IMG/VR virus record: IMGVR_UViG_3300029825_000015
Location: 1-46,576 of that record
Origin: a virus
Lineage: Duplodnaviria; Caudoviricetes
Reading direction: 5' to 3' (one strand)
Length of the DNA: 46,576 bases
In this document: positions 19,676-28,046 of the stretch, piece after piece
How positions within the stretch are numbered: the stretch's first letter is position 1
How the letters are laid out: each line of letters begins with the position of its first letter
The notes under the pieces: generated by a model
Databases searched by the model: none
What the model saw: only the letters and a program-made list of their open reading frames with translations
Told to the model about the DNA's origin: nothing
Translations under genes and position numbers: made by a program

Positions 19676-20401
19676 ATGCAAGAAACAGAAAAAATTAATG
19701 TTTTAAACTACAATGAAAATCTAGTTTGCTCTAATATTTCACCTACTGAAAATGTTGCATTTGAGCCTTCTGCTGATGGTGAAATACCAACTGTTATTCC
19801 ATTAACTATAGATCAAATCAGGTATATGAATAACTCTCCTGTATTTCGTATTGGTTTATTACGTTTTGAGGAAGAAAAACAGAAAGAGATTTATGAGAAT
19901 ATTTGTAAAATAAGTAATTGGGAAGATATTCTTACTAATGATCAAATTCGTGACATCTTATTAAAACCTACGCTTAAAGGACTTGAGAAAATTGTAAACA
20001 TTAAAGATGTATCCGAGTTTGAGCGTGTTCGTGCAGTTTATCATAAATTAAAACTTGAAAATAATTATGATGTATCTGTTCGTGTAGAGAGAATTATTGA
20101 AACAAGATATAGAGAATTAATGAATCGTAAAATTAATACATCAATTAAGTTGACTACTAAAGATACAACAAAAATTACTAATGAAAAAGATATTAGTAAT
20201 CTTAAAGAACAGAATGCAATTATGCAGAAACAGTTAGCCGAGATGCAAAAAGCAATGCAAAAGATGATGGCGAGTCAAGCTGATAATCTTGAAAATGTTA
20301 ATGTAGAAATAGAAGTGTCCAAAGCAAAAGAAGATAAACCAGCAAAGGACGCTAAAAAAACTGATGAAAAGAAAAAGCCAACAAATAAAACCAAGAAGTA
20401 A
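19676..20401 (+). CDS. Hypothetical head-associated protein (YonA-like position)
   Basis: GGAGG SD favours ATG 19676; Lys-rich C terminus. Confidence 0.6.
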   Translation: MQETEKINVLNYNENLVCSNISPTENVAFEPSADGEIPTVIPLTIDQIRYMNNSPVFRIGLLRFEEEKQKEIYENICKISNWEDILTNDQIRDILLKPTLKGLEKIVNIKDVSEFERVRAVYHKLKLENNYDVSVRVERIIETRYRELMNRKINTSIKLTTKDTTKITNEKDISNLKEQNAIMQKQLAEMQKAMQKMMASQADNLENVNVEIEVSKAKEDKPAKDAKKTDEKKKPTNKTKK

Positions 20402-20430
20402 TCTGTAGCTAAGTAAGGAGGTGTGTGCCT

Positions 20431-20934
20431 ATGGCATCAGATACTACTTCTTTTGATATTATATGTGATAGGTTTTACAAACGATTAGAAAAAGATGATG
20501 AATTTTTTAATTACTATAATATTGAGATGTCAGAAGCACAAGAATTAGCACATAAAAGAGCAAAAGGATATCTTATAGATGTTCTTGATAAACTTTCACA
20601 GGTTGGTGATTTACAAGTTGATTTTTCCGACTATGATGAAGAATTAGAAGTAATTAACTTTGAAATAAAGCCAAAGGAAATTCGCCTAATAGTTGACTTA
20701 ATGTTTCAAGAATACATGGAAAGGGATATTCCTTTATTACATGCTTTTAAAATTAATTTTACGCCATCAGATTTAAACATCATTACTCCATCCACTGAAA
20801 GAAGAACATATACCGATTTAATTGACTCATTAAATACCAAAAATGAAGCCAGTTTGGATAACTATAAAAATAGAGATCGTAATACCGGTAAATTATTAAA
20901 GGTTATCGACTATTCGAAATATGGTGATGAATAA
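20431..20934 (+). CDS. Putative head-tail adaptor
   Basis: Synteny and size; AAGGAGG SD. Confidence 0.5.
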   Translation: MASDTTSFDIICDRFYKRLEKDDEFFNYYNIEMSEAQELAHKRAKGYLIDVLDKLSQVGDLQVDFSDYDEELEVINFEIKPKEIRLIVDLMFQEYMERDIPLLHAFKINFTPSDLNIITPSTERRTYTDLIDSLNTKNEASLDNYKNRDRNTGKLLKVIDYSKYGDE

Positions 20935-21983
20935 TGTTGGACTTTGATTATTTTTATAAAATACAAGGCTCTTATGGGATGAAAAATAAGCGTGAAAAAG
21001 ATTTGGCGAAAATTAATTATGAAATGTCAAAACATTTCGAAGATACCACGGATTGCAAGGATGTACTAATCAATGGAGAACCATCTCAGTTAATTATTGT
21101 AAAAGATACAGATTCGAATGTCTATAGTAAAAAGATTAAATCAAGGCATGATGATAAATTTAATCTTGGAGATTATGTTGAGTGGAATAATCAACATTGG
21201 ATTGTTTTGAAACTCGATCCAGATGAAGATACATGGAATCGTGGATATATGTATTTGTGCGATATATTACTTTGTTGGCAAAATAAAGCCGGCGACATTA
21301 TATCGCGTTGGTGCTACTCAGAAAATTACACAAAATATACAAATGGGATAAAGGAAAATAAAGTAATAGATGTTGGTGATAATCAATATGGTTTATCTCT
21401 TCCAGTGGATAATGAAACTAAAGTATTAAAACGTAATTTACGATTTGCAATAGATTATGAAGGTGCAGTTGTTCCTGATGTTTATAAACTAACTAATAGG
21501 AAGGTTTTGCTTAATGATTATAGATATTTTAATCGAGGTGGAATAATTAATTTAACATTATCTTATAACGCTTTTAATGATAAAACAGATAAATTAGTTA
21601 CTCTTGATAATGGTCAAAAAGTATGGATATGCGACTATTTTGATATGAATAATAATCCTACTACACCAGAAGATAAAAAGACATATGCAAATATTATATC
21701 TAGTGGCAAACTAATCATTGGTTCAAAAGAATATATTACTTTTATTGCTAACTTTTATGATACAGATGGAAATTTAAACAATACTATTACTCCTGTATGG
21801 GAAATTATTAAACCTAATATAAGCAACGTTGATAATGATATATCAATTGTCTATGAGAATGGGTTATGTAAAATTAAGGTTGCTGAAAATTATGATTTAA
21901 TTGATAAAGATATTATAATTAAAGTAAGTGATGGTAATGATAGCTATATTGGTGAAATCACAATGAAAATGGAAATGTGGTGA
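20934..21983 (+). CDS. Putative head closure/neck protein with C-terminal Ig-like domain
   Basis: FNLGDYVEWNNQHWIV beta-barrel motif; beta-rich C terminus. Confidence 0.55.
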   Translation: MLDFDYFYKIQGSYGMKNKREKDLAKINYEMSKHFEDTTDCKDVLINGEPSQLIIVKDTDSNVYSKKIKSRHDDKFNLGDYVEWNNQHWIVLKLDPDEDTWNRGYMYLCDILLCWQNKAGDIISRWCYSENYTKYTNGIKENKVIDVGDNQYGLSLPVDNETKVLKRNLRFAIDYEGAVVPDVYKLTNRKVLLNDYRYFNRGGIINLTLSYNAFNDKTDKLVTLDNGQKVWICDYFDMNNNPTTPEDKKTYANIISSGKLIIGSKEYITFIANFYDTDGNLNNTITPVWEIIKPNISNVDNDISIVYENGLCKIKVAENYDLIDKDIIIKVSDGNDSYIGEITMKMEMW

Positions 21984-21987
21984 TAAT

Positions 21988-22464
21988 ATGGTTATATCTG
22001 ATGTTGTAAAATGTAAAAAAAAAATTATGAATAAATTAATTGAAATTCCAGATGTATTTTTATTAATAAATAACAAATGTATATCTAAACCATCTGAAAT
22101 GATGTTCGAAAATATATTTCCATATTTTAAAGTATCAGATGCTAGGAAAACTGTTAATAATTATATATGTTTTGATTATAATAGTAGAATTTCTTCAAAA
22201 AATAGTTCATTTAAGGATATTACAATAAATATTGGTGTTATATGTCATAAAGATGATATTAAAACGCCATGGGGTTCAAGGCATGATGTTTTAGCAGGAG
22301 TTATTATAGATTCTTTAATATGGGAAGATATTTTAGGATTTAATCTTGAATTAATTTCTGATATTGAAAATATATTACAAAATGATTATCATACTCGCAC
22401 ATTACAATTTAAAAATCTTGCTATAAATAGTATTAATAATGGGGTGCACTCAGGTGTATATTGA
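21988..22464 (+). CDS. Putative tail terminator/completion protein
   Basis: Synteny and size (158 aa). Confidence 0.45.
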   Translation: MVISDVVKCKKKIMNKLIEIPDVFLLINNKCISKPSEMMFENIFPYFKVSDARKTVNNYICFDYNSRISSKNSSFKDITINIGVICHKDDIKTPWGSRHDVLAGVIIDSLIWEDILGFNLELISDIENILQNDYHTRTLQFKNLAINSINNGVHSGVY

Positions 22465-23182
22465 TGATCTTATTATATATAGAGGTAAAGATTATAAAGT
22501 AAATGACAAAATCATTATTAGACAGCCGACAGTTGGTGAAATAACTGACTACGGCGAACAAAACTTTTTCTCAATGGTACATATGCTTACAAATGTGGGT
22601 GCGGATTTAAAATGGCAACTTGATGAAGTTGGTATTGATTATACTAAAATAAACGATTATGAACTTTTCTATCATTTATGTAAAATTTATAAAAAAGAAC
22701 AAACACAAATAATTTTTTATGATTTAGATCTTACTCTGTTTGAGTGGTGTAACTATACTCCAACCGGAGAAGATATCTTATATGATAAATATAATGATAT
22801 CATATTGGATAGATATGCTTATGCAGTAATAATGGAAGTTCTGAGAAAAACTTATAATTTAAAACGTAATAATGAATTACCAGGTAATGAAGCAACTAGA
22901 TTAATATTAATTGAAGATGCAAAAGATGAATATGAAATAAATAAAAACAAACCATATATATCACAATTATTTAATTTGATATCGACAATGGTTAATAGTG
23001 ATGGTTTTAAGCATGATGAAGTAACTGTTTTCGATATGAAGATAGGTGCTTTCATGAATAGTGTTAAAAGAATAGAAAAGATTAAACGTGCCGAAATATT
23101 ACTACAAAGTGGATATTCTGGTTATGGAGTAAATTTAAAAGAAATTGATAAAAAAGAATTAGACTACATGGGAGAACTTTAG
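22454..23182 (+). CDS. Hypothetical virion-module protein
   Basis: ORF in late operon; GGGGTG SD favours GTG 22454. Confidence 0.6.
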   Translation: MYIDDLIIYRGKDYKVNDKIIIRQPTVGEITDYGEQNFFSMVHMLTNVGADLKWQLDEVGIDYTKINDYELFYHLCKIYKKEQTQIIFYDLDLTLFEWCNYTPTGEDILYDKYNDIILDRYAYAVIMEVLRKTYNLKRNNELPGNEATRLILIEDAKDEYEINKNKPYISQLFNLISTMVNSDGFKHDEVTVFDMKIGAFMNSVKRIEKIKRAEILLQSGYSGYGVNLKEIDKKELDYMGEL

Positions 23183-23223
23183 AGGTTCTTTTTTTATGTA
23201 AAAAATTAAGGAGGAATAAAGAT

Positions 23224-23997
23224 ATGGATATGAATCCTAATGAATTAATACTTGATAGAGTACGTGAATTGATATTTACAGATTTATCTGACGGTCATGT
23301 TTTAGGCAGACTTACATCTCTTGAAGATGCATCGTTAAACACAACTGCTGAAGGTACCGATATTGTAGACTCAATTGGCGCTGTTATTACTACATTATAT
23401 AGAGCTAAAACTGGAGAATTTACTGCAACCAATAGCTTATTTAGTTTGGATTTAGCAGCTCAACAGTTTGGTTCTACTAAGGAAGTAGCTAGTGAAGAAA
23501 ATAAAATTCAAACTCCGGTTAGTGAAGTTTTGACGGTTAATAAGGATGGTAAAATTATACTATCTCATGTACCGTGTAACCAGATTAAATATATTTATAA
23601 ACTTCAAAATAGATCTTTAGCTAAAATGTTCACCGTTGGTACTACTGTATCTGAGACTGAATTTACTATTTCAGAGCAGGAAATTACTGTTCCTACAGGT
23701 GTAACCGGTGAGATATATGTAGAATATGAATATGAGGCTGATGCTGCCGTTAAGGTAGATAATAATACGGATGAGTTCCCAGAAATGGTTGGTGTAAAGA
23801 TCTTCTGTATCTTTAAAGACGTATGTAATGAAAATATTAAATATGCAGGAAGTATTGTTTCTAAAAAGGCAAAATTAGATCCTTCTTCTGTTCAGCTTGC
23901 TCTTACGTCTACAGGTAAGCATCCGTTCAAAGTTAAGTTTAATAAAGAGTGGTGTGATGGGAAAGAAACACTTTTTAGCACAATTATAGCAGCTTAA
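23224..23997 (+). CDS. Major tail (tube) protein
   Basis: Strong GGAGG SD, T/A/E-rich beta protein, hairpins on both sides, synteny. Confidence 0.65.
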   Translation: MDMNPNELILDRVRELIFTDLSDGHVLGRLTSLEDASLNTTAEGTDIVDSIGAVITTLYRAKTGEFTATNSLFSLDLAAQQFGSTKEVASEENKIQTPVSEVLTVNKDGKIILSHVPCNQIKYIYKLQNRSLAKMFTVGTTVSETEFTISEQEITVPTGVTGEIYVEYEYEADAAVKVDNNTDEFPEMVGVKIFCIFKDVCNENIKYAGSIVSKKAKLDPSSVQLALTSTGKHPFKVKFNKEWCDGKETLFSTIIAA

Positions 23998-24066
23998 ATT
24001 CTACGTATTTATACATAGTCTATGGGCAGTTAACTACTGCCCTATTGTAAAAAATGAGGTGTACTT

Positions 24067-24411
24067 TTGGATAATATAAATTCATATTGTGTTATTTGTG
24101 GTACTGGATATCATTGTTGTATAAGTTGTCCTGAAAATAGAAGTTCTTCGTGGAGATTAATTACTGATACAGAAAACCATTTTAAAGTCTATATGATTTT
24201 ATGTGATTATCGTGATAAGAAAATTACGAAAGAAGTAGCATTAAAACAATTAAATAATGTTGATATTACCGGATGGGAAAATTTCAAAGAAGGAACTAAG
24301 CAATTAATTGCTGAAATTTTAACGAATGATACTACTGATGAAGTTGAAGAAATTAAAGAAAATAATAAAGTAAAAGAAGTTAAAAAGCATAAGACAAATG
24401 TAAAATTATAA
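24067..24411 (+). CDS. Small Cys-rich hypothetical protein
   Basis: CVICG...CCISC motif. Confidence 0.7.
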   Translation: MDNINSYCVICGTGYHCCISCPENRSSSWRLITDTENHFKVYMILCDYRDKKITKEVALKQLNNVDITGWENFKEGTKQLIAEILTNDTTDEVEEIKENNKVKEVKKHKTNVKL

Positions 24412-24437
24412 TAATGAATAGTGGTAGAAATAAAAAT

Positions 24438-24499
24438 AAAATAGGTTATATTACTCGTTATTCATTATTATGAATTTAAGTAATATAGCCTATTTTTTT
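24438..24499 (+). terminator. Long hairpin / intrinsic terminator
   Basis: AAAATAGGTTATATTACT / AGTAATATAGCCTATTTT stem followed by a T tract. Confidence 0.6.
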
Positions 24500-24518
24500 A
24501 CATTTTAAATGGAGAGAG

Positions 24519-24746
24519 GTGTATTTTATAAAAACTTATAGTGACATTTTCGGGCATTGGTATGAAGCAGAGGAAGTACGATATATCCCTAATATGAAGC
24601 AAAATTATCGTTATCTAAATAGTGGAAAATGCAAAGATCAGTTGGTAGATATTATTTGTGGAAATGATGACAAGTTGGTTTTTGTTTGGAAAAAATCAGA
24701 GATTATGGATGAATTATATTCTCTCTGGTGTAAAAGGCAACTATAA
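24519..24746 (+). CDS. Hypothetical protein
   Basis: 75-aa ORF; SD spacing suggests ATA 24528 as an alternative start. Confidence 0.65.
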   Translation: MYFIKTYSDIFGHWYEAEEVRYIPNMKQNYRYLNSGKCKDQLVDIICGNDDKLVFVWKKSEIMDELYSLWCKRQL

Positions 24747-24767
24747 TTACAAAGGATGTTGATGTAA

Positions 24768-25355
24768 ATTAATACAATAAATAATGAAGTACATAAATTA
24801 AAATTAGTTTCACATATACCACCATCAGTTAACCATTATCTTGCATATCGTGCAATTATTAAAAATGGTAAACCTATGGCAATGAGTTATAAAACTTCGG
24901 AAGCAATAAAATATCAAAAAGCTTTTGCTACTTATTCTAAGAATGAAGCACAAAAACAAAATTGGATTATGTCAAATAACAGATTTCAGCACTATTATGT
25001 AGATGCTGTTTTTTATTTTCCACGAATAGACCAAGATTGCAATAATTACTGGAAATGCCTTTTTGATGCAATTACTGATAGTAAAAGTGTTTGGTTGGAT
25101 GATACTCAGGCATGTGAACGTGTAAAGGGTATTCGCTATGATAATAAAAATCCAAGAATTGAATTAGAAATATATCCTGTAGATTATATCGGTATTTTTG
25201 ATAATAATACCCAATTGGAATTATTTGAATCTAATTGTATCCATTGTAATAGATATAGAAACGGAAATTGTAGTCTACTTAATAAGGCAAAAGAAGGACG
25301 TTTACAAGAAGAAATTAGCGATAATATATGTTCTAAGTTCAAAGAAATAAAATAA
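24768..25355 (+). CDS. rusA: RusA-family Holliday junction endodeoxyribonuclease with Cys-rich C terminus
   Basis: PPSVNHY motif upstream of the track start, DQDCNNYWK and WLDD motifs, NPRIELEI; frame opens at ATT 24768. Confidence 0.8.
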   Translation: MNTINNEVHKLKLVSHIPPSVNHYLAYRAIIKNGKPMAMSYKTSEAIKYQKAFATYSKNEAQKQNWIMSNNRFQHYYVDAVFYFPRIDQDCNNYWKCLFDAITDSKSVWLDDTQACERVKGIRYDNKNPRIELEIYPVDYIGIFDNNTQLELFESNCIHCNRYRNGNCSLLNKAKEGRLQEEISDNICSKFKEIK

Positions 25356-25372
25356 TAATTGGAGGAAAAATA

Positions 25373-26128
25373 ATGAATAGTGAAAAAGTAAATATAATTA
25401 ACAATACTAAAGAAATTGTTTTTGAAAATAACGATATTAAGGTCAAGGAAAAACTTAGTTTATCAGAAGCTATTCAATATGTAAACGTTGTATCAACGAC
25501 TGTGGTTAATACTGTATATACTCCGATATACCAAAAATTGATTAATATAGATTGTTTTATTACGTTCTATACTGATATTACAAAAACAAGTTTAGAAAAT
25601 ATTTATGATCATTTATATGAGTATGATGATTTAATTCATAACTTATTAATGTCTGATAGAATAGATAAAAATCAATATATTGACATACAAAATGCAATAA
25701 ATGATGAAATTTCATTTAGGAAACAGGTACTAATTAATCAGAGTAATAATACGGTTGCTGATTTAGCTACTAAATTACTGCAAAAAGAAATTGAAGTACA
25801 AGATCTACAAAAGGGAATATTGGAACAGCAAAAGGAAATAAATGATACAATCCCTCCTGAATTACAGAAGAAATTTATTGAAAAGTTTAATAATTCTGAA
25901 TTAACTAGTGATGCGATCGTTACAGCATACTTAAATTCCGATTGGCATAAATCTATGGAACAAGGAATTATTGACGATAAAAATAAACAGATTAAAGAGC
26001 TGCAAAAGATCAAATTTCCACAGGATCATAAAAAGAAAACTGTTAGAAAATCAAATACAAGTACGAATAAAAGTGTAAATGATAAGAAAACAGATAATAT
26101 CATTGCCGTAGATTTTAAGGAAGTATAA
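25373..26128 (+). CDS. Hypothetical protein (possible tail assembly chaperone)
   Basis: GGAGG SD; helical; lies between tail tube and tape measure. Confidence 0.5.
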   Translation: MNSEKVNIINNTKEIVFENNDIKVKEKLSLSEAIQYVNVVSTTVVNTVYTPIYQKLINIDCFITFYTDITKTSLENIYDHLYEYDDLIHNLLMSDRIDKNQYIDIQNAINDEISFRKQVLINQSNNTVADLATKLLQKEIEVQDLQKGILEQQKEINDTIPPELQKKFIEKFNNSELTSDAIVTAYLNSDWHKSMEQGIIDDKNKQIKELQKIKFPQDHKKKTVRKSNTSTNKSVNDKKTDNIIAVDFKEV

Positions 26129-26130
26129 TT

Positions 26131-26625
26131 ATGGCTACTAATTTTATTAAAAACGGTAATGAATTAGAGAAATTATTAGAACAACAAATAATTCATTGGT
26201 TAAATAATATTGCATCCAATATTGCAGAGAAATATATAGAAGAATTTTTAGAGAGCGAATTTTATTCTAAATACTCTCCTCGTAGTTATAAAAGGACACA
26301 ACAAATACTACAGAGTATTGTTAAAACTAATATAGAGAAAAATGGTAATACATATTCTATTATGGTTTATTTAGATCCCACTATTACACAAGGTTATTAT
26401 GGAGATATCGGTCAAAAGGAAGCAGGTTATCCTCCCACTAATGGTAATACATTAAAGGTATGGGAGAATATGAATGAAGGCTGGCACGGTTTTGCCGGAC
26501 AAACTGATGGACATTTTTGGGATAGACTTGTTGAGGAATTAGATAAGGAAGGTAAATATGATGTATTTGCTGATTTTGCTAGATATCTAACAAATAAAGG
26601 AATTAAAACAGTTAAACTAAATTAG
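26131..26625 (+). CDS. Putative neck/tail completion protein (HK97 gp10-like)
   Basis: YSPRSYKRTQQILQSI motif; size. Confidence 0.5.
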   Translation: MATNFIKNGNELEKLLEQQIIHWLNNIASNIAEKYIEEFLESEFYSKYSPRSYKRTQQILQSIVKTNIEKNGNTYSIMVYLDPTITQGYYGDIGQKEAGYPPTNGNTLKVWENMNEGWHGFAGQTDGHFWDRLVEELDKEGKYDVFADFARYLTNKGIKTVKLN

Positions 26626-26695
26626 CATCAAACCGTGCTTTTAATCAACCTTAATTTTGATTGAAAATAACTAATTTTTATCGTTAATTAACGCC

Positions 26696-26763
26696 TATGA
26701 GCCATTATAGTGTCATATTGGTATTAACTTATATGTAGCCAATTTAAGAGCCTATTTATAGCT
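26696..26763 (+). repeat. Fourth copy of the ~70-bp element of 1462-2090
   Basis: TAnnAGCnATTA...AACTTATA...CTATTTAnAGCT, with the same end-to-end spacing as the 2007 copy. Confidence 0.5.
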
Positions 26764-26833
26764 TATAAAGGTGCAAACGGTAAATGAGCGTGGTACTGCT
26801 TAGTGTACTGTTCAAAATAATAAAATAATTTTT

Positions 26834-26867
26834 AAGGCAATAGATTTCATCGTCTATTGTCTTTTTT
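26834..26867 (+). terminator. Intrinsic terminator
   Basis: AAGGCAATAGA/TCTATTGTCTT stem followed by a T tract. Confidence 0.65.
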
Positions 26868-26912
26868 GTTGCGGTAGTTTATTTAAATTTAGTCTTAAAG
26901 GAAGTGATTTTT

Positions 26913-27947
26913 ATGGGTAGATCAACAGTTTATAATAATATTACAACACCAGAACTAATTGAACAAATATTAGAAGAAAATAAAGAGTTATATAAAGATT
27001 TTCTTGCTTATTTATCAAGTGTAGACAGGTCGGTTAAAACAATTAAAAGTTATGAGAGCGATTTAGAAATCTTTTTTGTATGGAATCTTCAATACAATAA
27101 AAACAAGGATTTTATTGATATAACAAAACGTGAGTTTGCTAAATTCCAAAATCATGCTTTAAATACTTGGGATTGGAGTCCAAATAGAATAAGGCGTGTT
27201 AAATCAACCCTATCTTCACTTTCGAATTATATAGAAAATATATTAGATGAAGAGCCAAAATATAAAGGATACCGCTCTATTATTAAAAAGATAGAAAATC
27301 CTGTTAAAGAAACTGTTAGAGAAAAAACAGTTTTAACTGATGAGCAAGTTGGTTCGCTACTTGATACTTTAATAGAACAAAAACAATATCAGCAAGCTTG
27401 TATAGTAGCTTTAGCAGCAATGAGCGGAGCGAGAAAGAGTGAATTATTAAGATTTAAAGTAGATTTCTTTTCAGATGAAAATATAGTTTTTGATTCGTTA
27501 TATAAGACTCCAAAGATATCAACAAAAGGGCGAGGAAAAAATGGAAAATTACTGAATAAATATGTCCTTTTAGACTTTAAAAAATATTTTGACTTATGGA
27601 TGGAAGAACGTGACGAATTAGGCATCGATAGTGAATGGTTATTTGTTACAAAACAGAATAGCGAATGGAAACAAATGAAAATAAGCACATTAAATAGCTG
27701 GGCTATAACATTTTCAAAAATATTAAATGTAGATTTTTATTTTCACTCACTCAGACATCAACTTTGTACTCGTTTACATAAACTTTCTCTTCCACAAGAT
27801 ATTATTCAAGAATACTTCGGATGGGATTCTGCTGAAATGCTAAAAATTTACAACGACATGGATTTATCGGAAGAGTTTGGAAAGTATTTTACTAAAGATG
27901 GAATCATTGAAGGTACGGTTGGAAATATTAATGATATAAGTAATTAA
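26913..27947 (+). CDS. Tyrosine recombinase (YomM-like, XerC/D family)
   Basis: SGARKSEL (R), TKG (K), HSLRH, FGW and KIY (Y) catalytic motifs; N-terminal core-binding region. Confidence 0.9.
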   Translation: MGRSTVYNNITTPELIEQILEENKELYKDFLAYLSSVDRSVKTIKSYESDLEIFFVWNLQYNKNKDFIDITKREFAKFQNHALNTWDWSPNRIRRVKSTLSSLSNYIENILDEEPKYKGYRSIIKKIENPVKETVREKTVLTDEQVGSLLDTLIEQKQYQQACIVALAAMSGARKSELLRFKVDFFSDENIVFDSLYKTPKISTKGRGKNGKLLNKYVLLDFKKYFDLWMEERDELGIDSEWLFVTKQNSEWKQMKISTLNSWAITFSKILNVDFYFHSLRHQLCTRLHKLSLPQDIIQEYFGWDSAEMLKIYNDMDLSEEFGKYFTKDGIIEGTVGNINDISN

Positions 27948-27989
27948 TTATCAATAATTTAATAATGAGCGGTTTTAATATAAAAATAT

Positions 27990-28014
27990 GGCACCCATTT
28001 TGTGGGTGTTTTTT
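27990..28014 (+). terminator. Intrinsic terminator
   Basis: GCACCCAT/GTGGGTGT stem followed by a T tract. Confidence 0.65.
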
Positions 28015-28046
28015 ATTGTAAGAATATCCACAAAAGGGGTGATAAG

